Assembly (NCBI RefSeq): GCF_023055435.1
Contig: NW_025963891.1
Span: 9,920,001 to 9,984,000, forward strand
Source: Haliotis rufescens
Taxonomy: Eukaryota
Reading direction: 5' to 3'
DNA: 64,000 nucleotides
Shown: in pieces, positions 40,201-53,399 of the stretch
Layout of the letters: every line of letters starts with the position of its first letter
How positions within the stretch are numbered: the stretch's first letter is position 1
The notes under the pieces: generated by a model
The model's database searches: none
What the model saw: only the letters and a program-made list of their open reading frames with translations
What the model was told of the DNA's origin: nothing
Position numbers and translations under genes: made by a program

Positions 40201-43200
40201 GCCCATGGGCAGGCCCATGGGCGAGAATATGTTCCTTTACTTAAAACTCATGTTTTTGTTTCGCAAATACATTTAATGTATTCATTCAAGTATCATGACA
40301 CAAAATTTAATTCATTTTAACTTAATTCAACGATTTTATAACGATATTGAAATATTTCGCCCATGGGCGAGAAAAAGGTTTGGCCCATGGGCGAGAATAT
40401 GTTCCTTTACTTAAAACTCATGTTTTTGTTTCACAAATACTTTTAATGTATTCATTCAAGTATCATGACACAAAATTTAACTCATTTTAACTTAATTCAA
40501 CGATTTTATAGCGATATTGAAATATTTCGCCCATGGGCGAGAAAAAGGTTTGGCCCATGGGCGAGTATATGTTCCTGTACTTAAAACTCATGATTTTGTT
40601 TCGCAAATACATTAAATGTATTCATTGAAGTATCATGACACAAAATTAAACTCATTTTAACTTAATTCAACGATTTTATAGCGATATTGAAATATTTCGC
40701 CCATGGGCGAGAAAAAGGTTTGGCCCATGGGTAGGCCCATGGGCAGGCCCATGGGCGAGAATATGTTCCTTTACTTAAAACTCATGTTTTTGTTTCGCAA
40801 ATACATTTAATGTATTCATTCAAGTATCATGACACAAAATTTAACTCTTTTTAACTTAATTCAACGATTTTATAGCGATATTGAAATATTTCGCCCATGG
40901 GCGAGAAAAAGGTTTGGCCCATGGGCGAGTATATGTTCCTTTACTCAAAACTCATGTTTTTGTTTCGCAAATACATTAAATGTATTTATTCTAGTATCAT
41001 GACACAAAATTTAACTAATTTTTACTTAATTCAACTATTTTACGGCGTTATTAAAATATTTCGCCCATGTTTTCGTCAGTCCCTTTCAAGCATCAACTAA
41101 CTGTTTGCAAAGTATATTGTATCATGTGAAATATACTTTATATTATATCATTACATTACTATTTAAAAAGGGCATTTGGTTGGATGTTTCCTTTAGTTCT
41201 ACAAATTTCACCTGTTTTACATATTGTAGCGATCTTTAATGAACCCGGCCTTACCTCTCAAAACGTTTTGACAGTTTATCATACGAATTCATGTGCGTGT
41301 ACTCTAATTCATTGGAGTTATTTTCCACAACATTAAATTTTAGTTACTTTCTATTTCATTTCCCATTTAATGTCCCGTTGATACATCACACTGGGCAATT
41401 ACGTGACACCAGGTATGCAATATACAGGTACGCGTGCGCGTATTTTAATGAAAAAAAACTATTCGTCTTTTATTGCATAACGTTTGGCTGAATATCTTAC
41501 ATTCTAATGAAATCTCGAAATATTTTTTTAATTACATGCGGTTTCGAACTGACCAGTGGGAATTATGTTCCAATGCGATTGAGGAAAACGTGAGTGAATA
41601 TTGTGACACTAAAGCAACTTTTAACTGCATTGTCACTTTTGGTATGAAAATGGTAACAGTTCAGAAAAAACAACAGCCTTCTTATGATAATTCTCATTAG
41701 TACGTTGTATCTAATTACAGTGTCGGCCTTATTTACAGGTGATTCTACAATACCTGCTCTCGGTCAATTACGATCTACCACACCACGCGTGAATAAACAG
41801 TTATGCAGGTGTTGCTGTGGGCAAATACCTAGCCTGAAAATGTTTATTTTTTTTAGGATACATGTTTTACAAATGTTCGTTGATATGTGGATATATTAAG
41901 CACAAAGACAAAAAAATGTTTATGAAAGATGAATTAGTGCCTTGATATATTCATCGAGATGTGTATCATCGTGTAATGGGGTCATTCAATAAACGTATGT
42001 TTGGAGGAGATATCAAAGGAGCCGCCCAATATACACAGTGTCGTCCGGTGAACTACCACCCCACCCTGTCCATTAGAGTTATTTAATCGGTACACAAATA
42101 TATTTGATGCGGTGTCAGTGCGGAAGGAGTTTGAATTACGTCCGCCAGTTGTCACAGAAATCCTCAAAGTATAGAAACAATAAACAAGGTCAATCCGTAC
42201 TAATTACCTAGTGACGCACGTAACAACGACTGTCAATAGGGAAAATGGTGAAAACAAATTGAAATAGATTTTAATAAAACATTATTGTACTACATAACTC
42301 GCAAAAGCGGTGCCTAAAATTGTTTGACCGTGTTATGTGTGTTGTAAACTGACGAATAGCAAGTAATTGTCATGCTGTACGCATGGTTCCATATACAAAT
42401 TCAGTTATACAACCGGTATGAAACTGAGAACTGAGATACCAAGTACAACCTGCATTTACACACGGAAGCAATATACTTGTGTGTATGCCCTCTCCTCTAA
42501 AAAATGTATCACTAAAGTATTTGCATTGTAATAAATATAGTAATGATAAAACTTGGTAATTTGGTAGGTCTCCGACAGATATGATTTTCAGTTTTTTTAC
42601 ACCTTTGATTGATACGGATTACGTACCTGTTGTCTAGTCACTGTCTCTAATGTATCTGCTTGTTAGAAATTTCAAATGTCTTGTTATAGCACTGTTCCTA
42701 AAATACGGCAGTTTCTTTTATCGGGTATAAATAGTTGATTCGTCTTGTCACGCAGTCATTTTTTACTTGATCGAATGATTTCCACAAAAAATTACGGCAG
42801 AGAGTTTTGTATTTTATTATATTTTTAGAAGATTTTAGAAGATGCTTACATCACTGTATCTCAGAACGTAAAACTGATAACATTCAAACATGTAATTAGT
42901 ACACAGTTAATTGTTACATATAATTTCCTGCATATTCCTTTTTGAACAAAAAGCCTACATGTATACTGATATCGGTGTCCACTGTTAAAAGGGTATTAGT
43001 GCAGTCAGCCATGGTAAATGGAGAGACAATAATAAGGTGATTAATTATAGTCTGTTGCAGAATATGCGGTATAAGTGTAGTCATTGATACATATACACAT
43101 TACACATATACAGATGAAATACACGATATGATGCAGTGCAAGAACAAATTAAGATACGGTTTCTATTAAAAATAATTATACGATTTCGGATTTAATTGGC

Positions 43201-46200
43201 ATGTTTAAATTTTCAGGCCAACACGGCTGAGATACAGCATCGGCATACTCAACTGGAGTTGTTTTCTGCCGGTCGTATGTTCATTGTTTGACTGAGCACA
43301 CTCGTGTCGGGGTTTCGATATTTTCTTCTCTTTGTTGGCAGCCTGCCACCGGTCTGAATTTTGAGAAAGGTCTCAGCATGGGACTGTTAATTACTTCTTA
43401 ATGATGTCTACAAGCTTACAAACTTGTAGATGTTGGGTGCGGTTAGGACCAAACTTTTTCAGCTCAGAGTGTTAGTGGTCCTGGAACCCATAGTGTCAAA
43501 CAGGTTCTGCACAAAACGTCCATCAGATTCTACTGTTCAGCAACATTGTCACTGAATTTCAGAACTCTGGCATGATATAATAATCAAGGATTTCGAAGGT
43601 GAACGAGGGGAAAGGCAGACGCACGTGGATTTACCCTCAGGTTATTATTGTCTGGAGTTCACATTTTGGGGCATTTCATATACTAATTGAACAGAGTTCA
43701 CCTGCACATGTCCACTTTAGTGATACAGACTGTAACCAAAAATGCAATGAGCCGTAGCTCTTAATCCCTTATAACAACGGTAACAACAACCAGGGTGAGG
43801 ACACAGTAAGGTTAAACCGTGTCCAACAAACAATCTGAGGTGGCTATCTCCCATCAAGTCAGCTCTGTTTTTAAGCGCATAGTTATGTTTTTACATATTG
43901 AAATAAAAGGAATTTAAAAAATTATATTTAACAAACCTACACATAACCAAATACAAAACTTTATAACCCTCTCTAGACTTAGTTCCAATTAACCTGGATC
44001 ATTCAACTCGCTCACGAAGGTCGTATGCGACTTTAAAGTGAATACGTCTACAGTGTACAAGTAACTTTTAACTGTATCATATATACTCATGATGAGCAAT
44101 TATTTTCGTTCCTAATTCGAATGAGCACATTCTGAGGCTAAATCTGCAAAAGGACAGATAAAATATTTCTTTGTACAATGCAAACGATACAAACGTAGCG
44201 GCTGATAATAGAGACAATGATTTAATAATCTGCAATATATCAAGTGTTCTCGTTCAATCTATTGTACATATTGAAGTGATTGTAAAGTTTCAAGGAGTAC
44301 TAAAATGTTGTGGTATTATGAATGTATTTAGAATATGAATAGCGAAAAACAGTCACCATATCGGATGTACATGTATAACTTGTCTTCCAACACCACGCTT
44401 GTGCCGAGGCCCATGGTCATAAAATTAATCGGTCCCATAAAAGGAGCAAATAGTTTCGCAGATACTTCTTGCTATGGTTCACTCACAATTGTCAGACGAC
44501 CTAATCATCAGTCAGACCAGTCAAGTGTGACCAGCGTACCTGCCTGGTTTTGGCTCCTAATTACTGAACTGCCCAATACTTTCATACTGTGGGCAAAGTA
44601 AGCGGCCTCGTTGAGTGATACAGACTAACCAGATTATGATTGTGTTTGTAAGTTGCGTTTAATCTGTGTCGGATTGCAGTTGTTTTATTAGTCAAGACTA
44701 GGGGTAGTTTTTTCAATGAAACCTTTTAGCCGTTGAGTTTGTTTTGCATTCATTTCATTAAATACATTGTTAGGTAGAATAATAACACGTTATATGGATA
44801 AAACATCTCCCTAATCTGATTATAATCTCACATGTACTCTAAGTACCGTACTATATTACTTTGCGGAGACACTGAGTATAATTTTTTAGTTGGCATTGTA
44901 TGCTGTCTGAATGACTTTACAAATCCCTGCATTCAATAGACCCGTGAAGATCTTCAACAAACCATTCTTGGCGTAAAAGGGCGACAGCGCTTGTCGTAAG
45001 AAGCGACTACCGGGATCGGGTGGTCAGGCTCGCTGACTTGGTTGATGCATGTCATCGTATCCCAATTGGTGGATCGATGCACATGATGTCAATCACTGGA
45101 TTGTCTGGTCCAGACTCGATTATTTACAGACCGCCGTCATACAGCTGAAATATTGCTAAGTGTGGCGTTATACAACTAACAAACAAACAAAACACAATAA
45201 GAGAAAGTGTATGAGTACTAAAACTTGCAATAGATATGCGTACCCTACGTACACACATGAGTCCCATTCGACAGTCTACAACACACGAATAACTGTCAAA
45301 CAAGTTTGGGTACCCCTTATGTTCAGGCAAGTTATTTAGTTCGATAATTTTGTATTAAAATCCTTTTCAATTTGTTTTCATCCTTTTCCCCTATTCCATG
45401 CATGTTTATGTTGCTACATCTTATTGCTCATGTTTCCAAGTATTGTAAAACACTTTAATGTTTCTCCTTCTTAATCTAACGTTGTAACATTTCCGGTCAT
45501 TGCCATCATCTAATACACAAGAGATGATACCAAGACATATTTTATTCGGTTTTATGGTCTATGCGGTCTTACAATTGATTTTATTAGTCTTTAAATCTTA
45601 TGTCTAGTAAATATTTTCACAAACAGGGCTGTTAACTGATATAAGGAATGTAACATCCAGTTGAGGACTGAATACGACGTACGTTAGACTGGTAACGACA
45701 TTTCTACAATTAATATTTTGAATAAGCCGTTAATACGCCAGTTGTGACAGGGATGATGGTATGGTAGATGTAGCAGACATATTGACAGCCGTTGTTACGC
45801 GAGTCACTAGGTTATTAGTACGGCATTGGCCTTGTTGATTGGTACTATACTTTCTGTGGCCACTGGCGGACGTAATTCAAACTCCTTCCACACTGACATC
45901 GCACCAAATATATTTGTGTACCGATCACATAACTCTTACTGACAGGGTAGGGTGGTAGTTCACGCGAAACGGACGACACTGTGTATATTGAGCGGCTCCT
46001 TTGATATCGCCTCACAACATACTTTTAATGAATGACCAATTAAACGATGATACACATCAGGATCGCGGAGAAAATACAAGCTTCGTTCGCGTTGAATATA
46101 TATATCAAGGCACAAATTCATCTTTCATAAACTTTTTGTGTCTTGGTGCTTAATATATCCACATATCAACGAAAATATGTAATACATGTATCCACAAAAA

Positions 46201-47569
46201 TATACATGTACAGGCTAGGTATTTGCCTACAGCAACACCTGCATAACTGTTTATTCACGCGTGGTGTGGCAGATTGTAATTGACCGACAACAAGTATTGT
46301 AGAATCACCTGTAAATAAGGCCGACACTGTAATTAGACAACGTACTAATGAGAATATGAGAATTATCATTAGAAGGCTGTTACGTTTTTCTTAACTATTA
46401 CCATTTTCATACCAAAAGTGACAATGCAGTTAAAAGTTGCTTTAGTGTCACAATATTCACTCACGTTTTCCTCAATCGCATTGAAACATAATTCCTACTG
46501 GTCAGTTCGACACTGCTTGTAATTAAATAATTATTTCGAGATTTCGTTAGAATGTAAGATATTCAGCCAAACGTTATGCAATAAAAGTTTATGCAATAAA
46601 AGTTTCTTTCCATTAAAATACGCGCACGCGTACCTGTCACGTAATTGCACAGTGGGATGTATCAACGGGTCATAAAATGGGAAATGAAATAGAAACTAAC
46701 TAAAATTTAATGTTGTACACGCACATGAATTCGTATGATAAACTGCCAAAACGTTTTGAGAGATAAGACCGGGTTCATTAAAGATGTTGGGTGCGGTTAG
46801 GACCAAACTTTTTCAGCTCAGAGTGTTAGTGGTCCTGGAACCCATAGTGTCAAACAGGTTCTGCACAATACGTCAATCAGATTCTACTGTTCAACAGCAT
46901 TGTCACTGAATTTCAGAACTCTGGCATGATATAATAATCAAGGATTTCGAAGGCAAAACCTTTTCTCGCGAAATATTTCAATAAATCTGTAAAATAGCTG
47001 AATTGAGTAAAATTGAGTTACATTATGTGCCATGAAAATAGTAAGAACACCTGCATGTATTTGCGAAACAAAAACATAAATTTTAAGTAAAGGAAAATAT
47101 TCTCGCCCATGGGCCAAACCCTTTTCTCGCCCATGGGCGAAATATTTCAATATCGCTATAAAATCGTTGAATTAAGTTAAAATGAGTTAAATTTTGTGTC
47201 ATGATACTTGAATGAATACATTAAATGTATTTGCGAAACAAAAACATGAGTTTTAAGTAAAGGAACATATTCTCGCCCATGGGCAGGCCCATGGGCGACA
47301 TAGTCTAAATATTGAGTTTTTGAACATTTTTTTTTTCATTTTTTCTTCCTTGGTATGTTCCCATGAAAACGGCATGTTTAATTTTGTAAATACCTTTAAC
47401 CGAGACTGGGCAAAGAGCGTAGAGTTTCTGGACTTTTGGGTTTCCAGAATTAAAATGGGACGTGTTGACTGTTTATTTAATTAAAAATATGTAAAAGAAT
47501 GGAACTTTTTTTTAATTACAGAATGTTAAAACGTCATGCAAACTACTTGGTATGTGTGGTGCCAACTAG
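37288..47569 (+). CDS. Secreted two-domain saposin-like protein, copy 4 (7.5-kb transposon in intron 8)
   Basis: Exons 37288-37333, 37541-37632, 38064-38126, 38346-38402, 38778-38855, 39102-39176, 39358-39423, 39728-39784, 47522-47569. Coding sequence intact (S20P, H30D, A33T, G117R). Intron 8 is expanded by the insertion at 39959-47467. Confidence 0.85.
40129..41070 (+). repeat. Subterminal tandem repeat, ~170-bp unit x ~5, punctuated by GCCCATGGGC palindromes
   Basis: Unit starts at 40221, 40391, 40561, ~40755 and ~40925. A cluster of GCCCATGGG motifs lies at 40129-40222. Confidence 0.95.
43217..43760 (-). pseudogene. Heavily decayed MULE (Mutator-like) transposase C-terminal remnant inside the foldback element
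   Basis: Minus-strand fragments in the expected order: GSLHFWLQSV (cf. GCxFHxxQ), RASAFPLVH (cf. RAAxLPLVP), FDTMGSRTTN (RTTN at 43482-43471), PNIYKFV (~43437-43417), IQTGGRLPTKRRKYR and VEYADAVS (43253-43230). Multiple stops and frameshifts. Confidence 0.6.
44939..45192 (+). mobile_element. SINE copy nested in the foldback element
   Basis: GACCCGTGAAGATC...GCTTGTCGTAAGAAGCGACT...GGGATCGGGTGGTCAGGCTCGCTGACTTGGTTGA...TGTGGCGTTA followed by an (AAAC)n tail. The same family occurs reversed at 9855-10050 and 8725-8826. Confidence 0.75.
46965..47298 (-). repeat. Inverted counterpart of the 170-bp subterminal repeat (~2 units)
   Basis: Reverse complement of the left-arm unit; the inner unit is more diverged. 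Confidence 0.9.
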
Positions 47570-49700
47570 TTGTAAGGTGAGTTGTATTGAACGTGATATA
47601 GGCGAGGTAAGGTGAAGTGAGGCGGGATGAGTTTTAACATCGCGTTCAAGATTATTGCACTCCATGTGGCGGCTTGTTCTTGTCCGGACTTTATAGTGCT
47701 TGCTCACTGAGATGCCATGTCGCAGTTTCACATCGAAACCCCACTCTGACACATTATACTCAGACACCGAGCCGGCCAGTGCTTGTTGATGGTTGATGTT
47801 GCGCTAAAGGACACACGGGTGCTTTTGAACATTGCTACTCTCCTTTTACAAATTGAAATTATGTACTGTTTCGTGTTGATTCCCAAATTGAAATAGTATG
47901 TTAATCCAGAAGTCTGAACGTAAAAGAACTTCGTGTGAAACCAACAAACAACCAGCATGTTGTATACAATCAACAAATGAATTACAAAAATTAACTGGGT
48001 TTACAAATCAGGACAAATTACTCCACAGTAATTACAATGGCGCCTCGGGCAGACGCCCTGTCCAATACACCGCGGAGGTTTTCCTTCTGTCTACGCAATA
48101 GTTACACCGCTGTCTGAGGAACAAGTTTCGGTTGGAACTATTGACTGTTTGTTTCGTTTACTTCAACGCCACAATCAGCACTATTCCAGCTATATGAAGG
48201 CCTGTCTGAACCAGACACGCAATCAGCCAAATTACCGAGTCTGACCACTCGACCCATTAAGTCGCCTCTAACGACCAGCATAGGTGGATTGGGAGAAATA
48301 CTTACTCTGGACCAATGGTCTTCTGCTCCCCGGACGGATGCTCTGTCCACTTTCCTGATGACTAGTCATGATATGAAATATTCTAACATTATTACACATG
48401 ACACGGTTAACTTCAGTGTGTATTTTTGGTATTGCAGATGCTGACAATGCTGCCTCTCGATCCTTCATCGCCCACGAACAACGTCACGTGTAAAACATTG
48501 TCAATAAAACTTTGCATTTGACCAGAGTACTGTTGTTGCTTGGACGGTTTATGTGAGATATGGAGATCATTTGTTGAACCTGTGTCATATAATAGGCACG
48601 TGAACATTATTTAGCAATCGAATCCTAGTGGAACGCCATTTATCACACCATACATAACATAGACTCTCGACAGTCAAGAACGCAAAGAAACTGGTCCAGG
48701 CTGGTCAACTGATGATCAAATGAAACTACTTTAACACGTTTTTCTATTATCGTTCTATTTTGAGGATAGAGGAAGTGAGTTGGGTTTGGTTTGTCCAAGG
48801 AACGGAACTCTGCACGGCGAATAGCGGCGCCTCAGACGACTGAACCACTCGCATCCTCATCCTTGAGGATAGACCATTATGCGGTGAACTAAATACTCAG
48901 AACCAGACATTATACGATTAAATGAGGAAACACATGTATACAGGATCAAGACAAATGGACATAATAAGTTGTCACCAGTTAATTCCTGAAACAAATTGAA
49001 ATAAAACGGTTATTGGCAAATGAACCCATTACGATTACTATTTTCCACACATTTCCTAAGAAGATAAACAGAACGAAGCTATCGCTTGTACAGCAAAGAG
49101 TGAGTGCGTTTAGGTTAACGCCTCTTTGAACAGTACGTCAGTTTCATCAGCACTCGTGATGGGTGCTATAATGCTGTCACACATGGGTGCTCTTGAATAT
49201 TGATACTCTCTTTTGATTAATTGAAATTATATTCACTGCTCCACGGCTCAGTCATATATATCCGCTTCACCCACGGGAACTTTACCGGGGAGCATGTAAA
49301 TGTACAGTGACAAAGACAATAAGGAGACATGTAAGGTTCAACCATTTCATTGCATGGTACAAGTGACGGGTAATCGTGACCTAGTGTCGCACGGGATATG
49401 ATGTGGTAGTGCATGGTTGCCTAGTATTGGACAATAAGTGAAGGAAACATTACATTCCTTAGAACTATTATCAGATGGATACCAGACCTATCCTTCATTT
49501 GAATGGTTAAAGCTTCACTAACGTTACAAACTTTTAACTCAGAACTAATCAACTTGAAATATTTGAATAAACTTTAATTTTAAAGTCTCTGCAATGAGCA
49601 TGACCTTTCACGGGGCACAAAGTGCTCTTGTCTCACAGGGTAAGAGATTCAGTCTAACTAGTGGTCTGGTGACTCTCTTGGAACATCTCCTTTCAGTCTC

Positions 49701-51257
49701 TAGAAAGGCCTTTCCTCCAGTGACACCTCCTTAATTGTACAAGAATCAATACTTCATAAAGAACGATCGGACGCCATCAACTTAGCCTTCTTAGACAGTT
49801 CAAAAGCGTTTGACGCAGTACCTGCTATACATAGATGAACTGTGAGAGAAACTGTCCACCAGCAAACTTGGTGCAGTGATCTTGGATATCCATGTAATGG
49901 CACCAACTCAAGCGGACGATATAGCAATTGTTAGTCCAGTATCAGCAAATCTGCAGAAGATGATGACCATATGTGAAAGATATAGTTCAGACTGGCGGTT
50001 CTCTTTTTATCTCCTTCCAAGAGCCAGATAGTCAGATATAGTGACAGAAAAGCAGCTACTTCTAGTGTTGTACTCTATGGACGTGATATCCCAGTGACAA
50101 ATGAGCTTAAGCACGTTGGTTATATTGAACACTGAATTTAACTCATTGTAGAGAACTCTGGAGAGCTGCTCAAAGATGAAAGCATCAGCCATGGCCCTCG
50201 TCAAATCGGGACTGCATGAACGCGCTCTAAACCCCATGACAAGCTCAAAACTTATTACGGCAATTTGTATCCCAAAGGCTATGTTTGGTGTTACGGTCGT
50301 TGATTTCCAAGGCAGAAAATCTGGCTATAGAAGGAGCACAGAGGTCCATTCTCAAAATGGCACAGGGTCTTCCACGTCATACTAGGTCTGACATAGTTCA
50401 TGCTCTTCCCGGCTGGCTCCCCATAGAATCACTTATCAACATCAGGAAACTATTCTTTCTTGGCCACCTCTGTAATTGTTCTAATCATCTGCTTTCTAAG
50501 AAGGTTTTTATGACTCGTATCTCCATGTCTATATACATAAGTGTTCATCCACAAGTATGGGCTTTGTCCCAGACATATGTCGCATCCTCCACAAGTATTC
50601 ATTATCCTGTCACCTGGAGGCATTTCTTAGTTCCAGTACATCCCTGGAGCGGAAGATATGGAAAAGGACAGTCAAAGAAGCCGTGAATACTTTTGAAGTG
50701 CCAGCATGGCGGGAAAGACTTTCATCAGAAACCGACACTGTGCACTTTGAGAGTATTCATCCGGATGTGACCCCACACGTGGCGGGGAGGATAGCTCGAG
50801 AGTGTCCTGAGCTAAAGGCAGCTGCCTGTTTTGCTGTCCACATTTGTGCGATGTGGAGACCGGGGAAATTACATGGTATCTGTTCACAGTGTGGTATTAA
50901 CTACCATGACTTACTGACTCACGTACGGTGCCACTGTGTGAGTAGGAGAACAATAAGAGAGAACTTATGGTGTGACATTGTGTGTATAGGTCCCGTTGAC
51001 ATCAGCGTTGAAATCCACAACAAATCAGGCTATGTTTGCTGTCCTGTAAGCCACCTTTGGATACTGATCCAGATACGAGTCGCTCTTACTCACGAAGTGA
51101 AATTCGAGGACTATACCGCTTTCATTATATGGACGGAATTTACTAACAAAATACGTTACCACAGTGGTATATGGTGGTATTCTCTGACAATGTAATAATT
51201 TTCATGTAATTATCTTTAATATTATACCTTGTAACTCTCCTATGGAGGAATAAAAGT
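49701..51257 (+). mobile_element. Degenerate LINE RT copy, unit 5 (5' part deleted)
   Basis: Starts at a ~1.66-kb deletion junction and has a second ~180-bp deletion at 49820. Retains 16 bp absent from units 1-4, giving the 212-aa ORF 50557-51195. Confidence 0.9.
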
Positions 51258-53399
51258 ATATATAAAAGTACTTCTCCCTTTCTTTTAATACTTTTAATTA
51301 CCTCTGCACAAAGTTTCTTGGAGGCTTTCATGCGAGGAATTCAGATTATATACACATTTAGAGTACTGTTTTATAACATGACGCATGGTACCGCGCTTCT
51401 GTACATGCTGGGTCCGAGTTCCCAATCTGTAATAAAATCTGGTCATCTCCTTTCAGTCGTGCATCCTGTAAAGATTTGTCAGCATTTGTATCACATCTGA
51501 TAAGGGCCTCTTGTTTTGTCTTCAAGGATGTTTCATCAACAATAACTTTAGTCTTTTTAATGATGACACACTCCTCAGGAAGTATATGATTTGATCGCCT
51601 TCACACTTTTTGTCCTGAGTTATTTTGGATCTAAGAACAATCCTTGTCATTTTAAGGGATGGTTAAGAGGTTGATACATCTGTATCTCCATGTTGAGGGG
51701 ATGGTTCACAGGTAAACACATCTGCCTCTCCATCAACATGTCGTAAACACACCGGACACCATGAACTGTACGTTCCATAAACCGTCGATTGCAGTAGCGG
51801 CGATAAATTGCGTGTCACTGCACTTGGACGGCGTAAGACTTTGATTATACAAAGAAGGTATAAGACGCCGTTCCCAGGCGAAACTATTATGTGTATGTCA
51901 CCAGGATATAGTTCGAATGTTGCCGATTGCTTCCTAATCAATAAAATAAAATAAAATCTACTAAAAATGTACTGGCATAATCAATTCAGAAACAACAAAT
52001 ACAGAACCCACCTAGATGAAACACATCAAACCATAATACACAAAATGCCATGTCTATTTCGAATTAATTAAAACACAAATGATTACATGCAACTGAATTG
52101 TTAAGGCAATGGAAACTAAACACTCACTTATGTGGTAATTAATCAGGTGTGAAACTGGAAAGTAAAGTTGATAAATGAACAATTCAAACGCCTTCCATAC
52201 ATCAGTTTGACGTGTTTCACATATCATTTACAATCTAATCAACTCGGTTCTCGTTATCTACCCATCCAGAATAATAGGTTCACCACACAATGAGTTATCG
52301 GTTGAATAAATAAGAGCACTCTTTTGCATGCAGTGTGCGTACATTATGCTGTTTGATAAAATCTTGCATATCGCATGAGTATAATTACTACATATTCTTT
52401 GTTTGGTTCAAATACAAATCTGAAGACAAAATTATCAAAATGAAAACGTTCGTACTCATGATCATCGGATGCTGGCTTCCCTAAGGGGCGTAACTCTTGA
52501 CTGCCAATTACGGAGCAATATCTCCCTCCATGTCATATATTACAGAAATTTATAATCTTACAGATATTAAGAACGACCACCTTTGTATTGACTGTATTTG
52601 TATAAACTGCCGGATAAAGAAAGTATACACTTGACAAGGGATTTTGACAAACGTTGTCAAAAGGTTACCAAGCTGAAAACAGTCGCCGAAACACTGCAAA
52701 ACTTAAGGTATAAATCTATGAAATACATCACCATCGAATAATCATTTTTGGTTTGTTTCAATTTTAGCAACAATAAATAATGTGTTGACGCTTTCTTTTG
52801 CCCGAAAGTTTAGATCTCTTGACAAATTCTCAAGAAGAATACATGCAAGCGTTTATAGGAAAGACGTTTCTGTTTATCACCTGACTTTTGGAGAGTGAGT
52901 GAGAGAGTGAGTGAATTTGGTTTTACGCCGCTTTTAGCAATATTCAAGCAATATCACGGCGGGGGACACGAGAAATGGACTTCATCCATGTGAGGAATGG
53001 AACCCGGGTCTTCGGCGTGACGAGCGAACGCTTTATCCACTAGGCTACCCCACCGCCCAACTGACTTTTGTAGAATTGGCAATGTCAGCTCATTGACATA
53101 GTTTAGTAATGGTCAACAGTAGGTGGCAAAGAGATCTAATCGAGAGAGATATCAAAAACAGGTTATTTTATTAAGAACGCGACAATTATTGTTTCAACAT
53201 GTGTAGGTTTCAAACAGAGAATATTCGTTAAGAACAGGACATCTGTCCGAATCGTCTAATTGAATTAGTTTGCTGTTAATTAGAGCCATCCTACTGTGCG
53301 CTGTGATTGACTAAGTCACCAACTATGAAGAGTCGGAACATATATAAAGCTTTACATTTAAACACATCACAACAGTTGAATTTCTCAGCTTCAAGGACA

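Larger units (their letters stand above)
39959..47467. mobile_element. Foldback-type non-autonomous DNA transposon (7.5 kb) inserted in intron 8 of gene copy 4
   Basis: Absent from the same intron in the other copies (empty site GACTACTGTTTAT). TSD is ACT(G), 3-4 bp. Termini AACACGTCCCATTTTAATTCTGG...CCAGAATTAAAATGGGACGTGTT, with ~170 bp of near-perfect TIR. Diverged inverted homology continues inward to ~42360 and ~45265. Confidence 0.95.

Noticed and set aside
40129-41070. CRISPR-like array of palindromic repeats
   Set aside because: The spacers are near-identical copies of each other, there are no cas genes, the context is eukaryotic, and the repeat is mirrored at the other end of a transposon.
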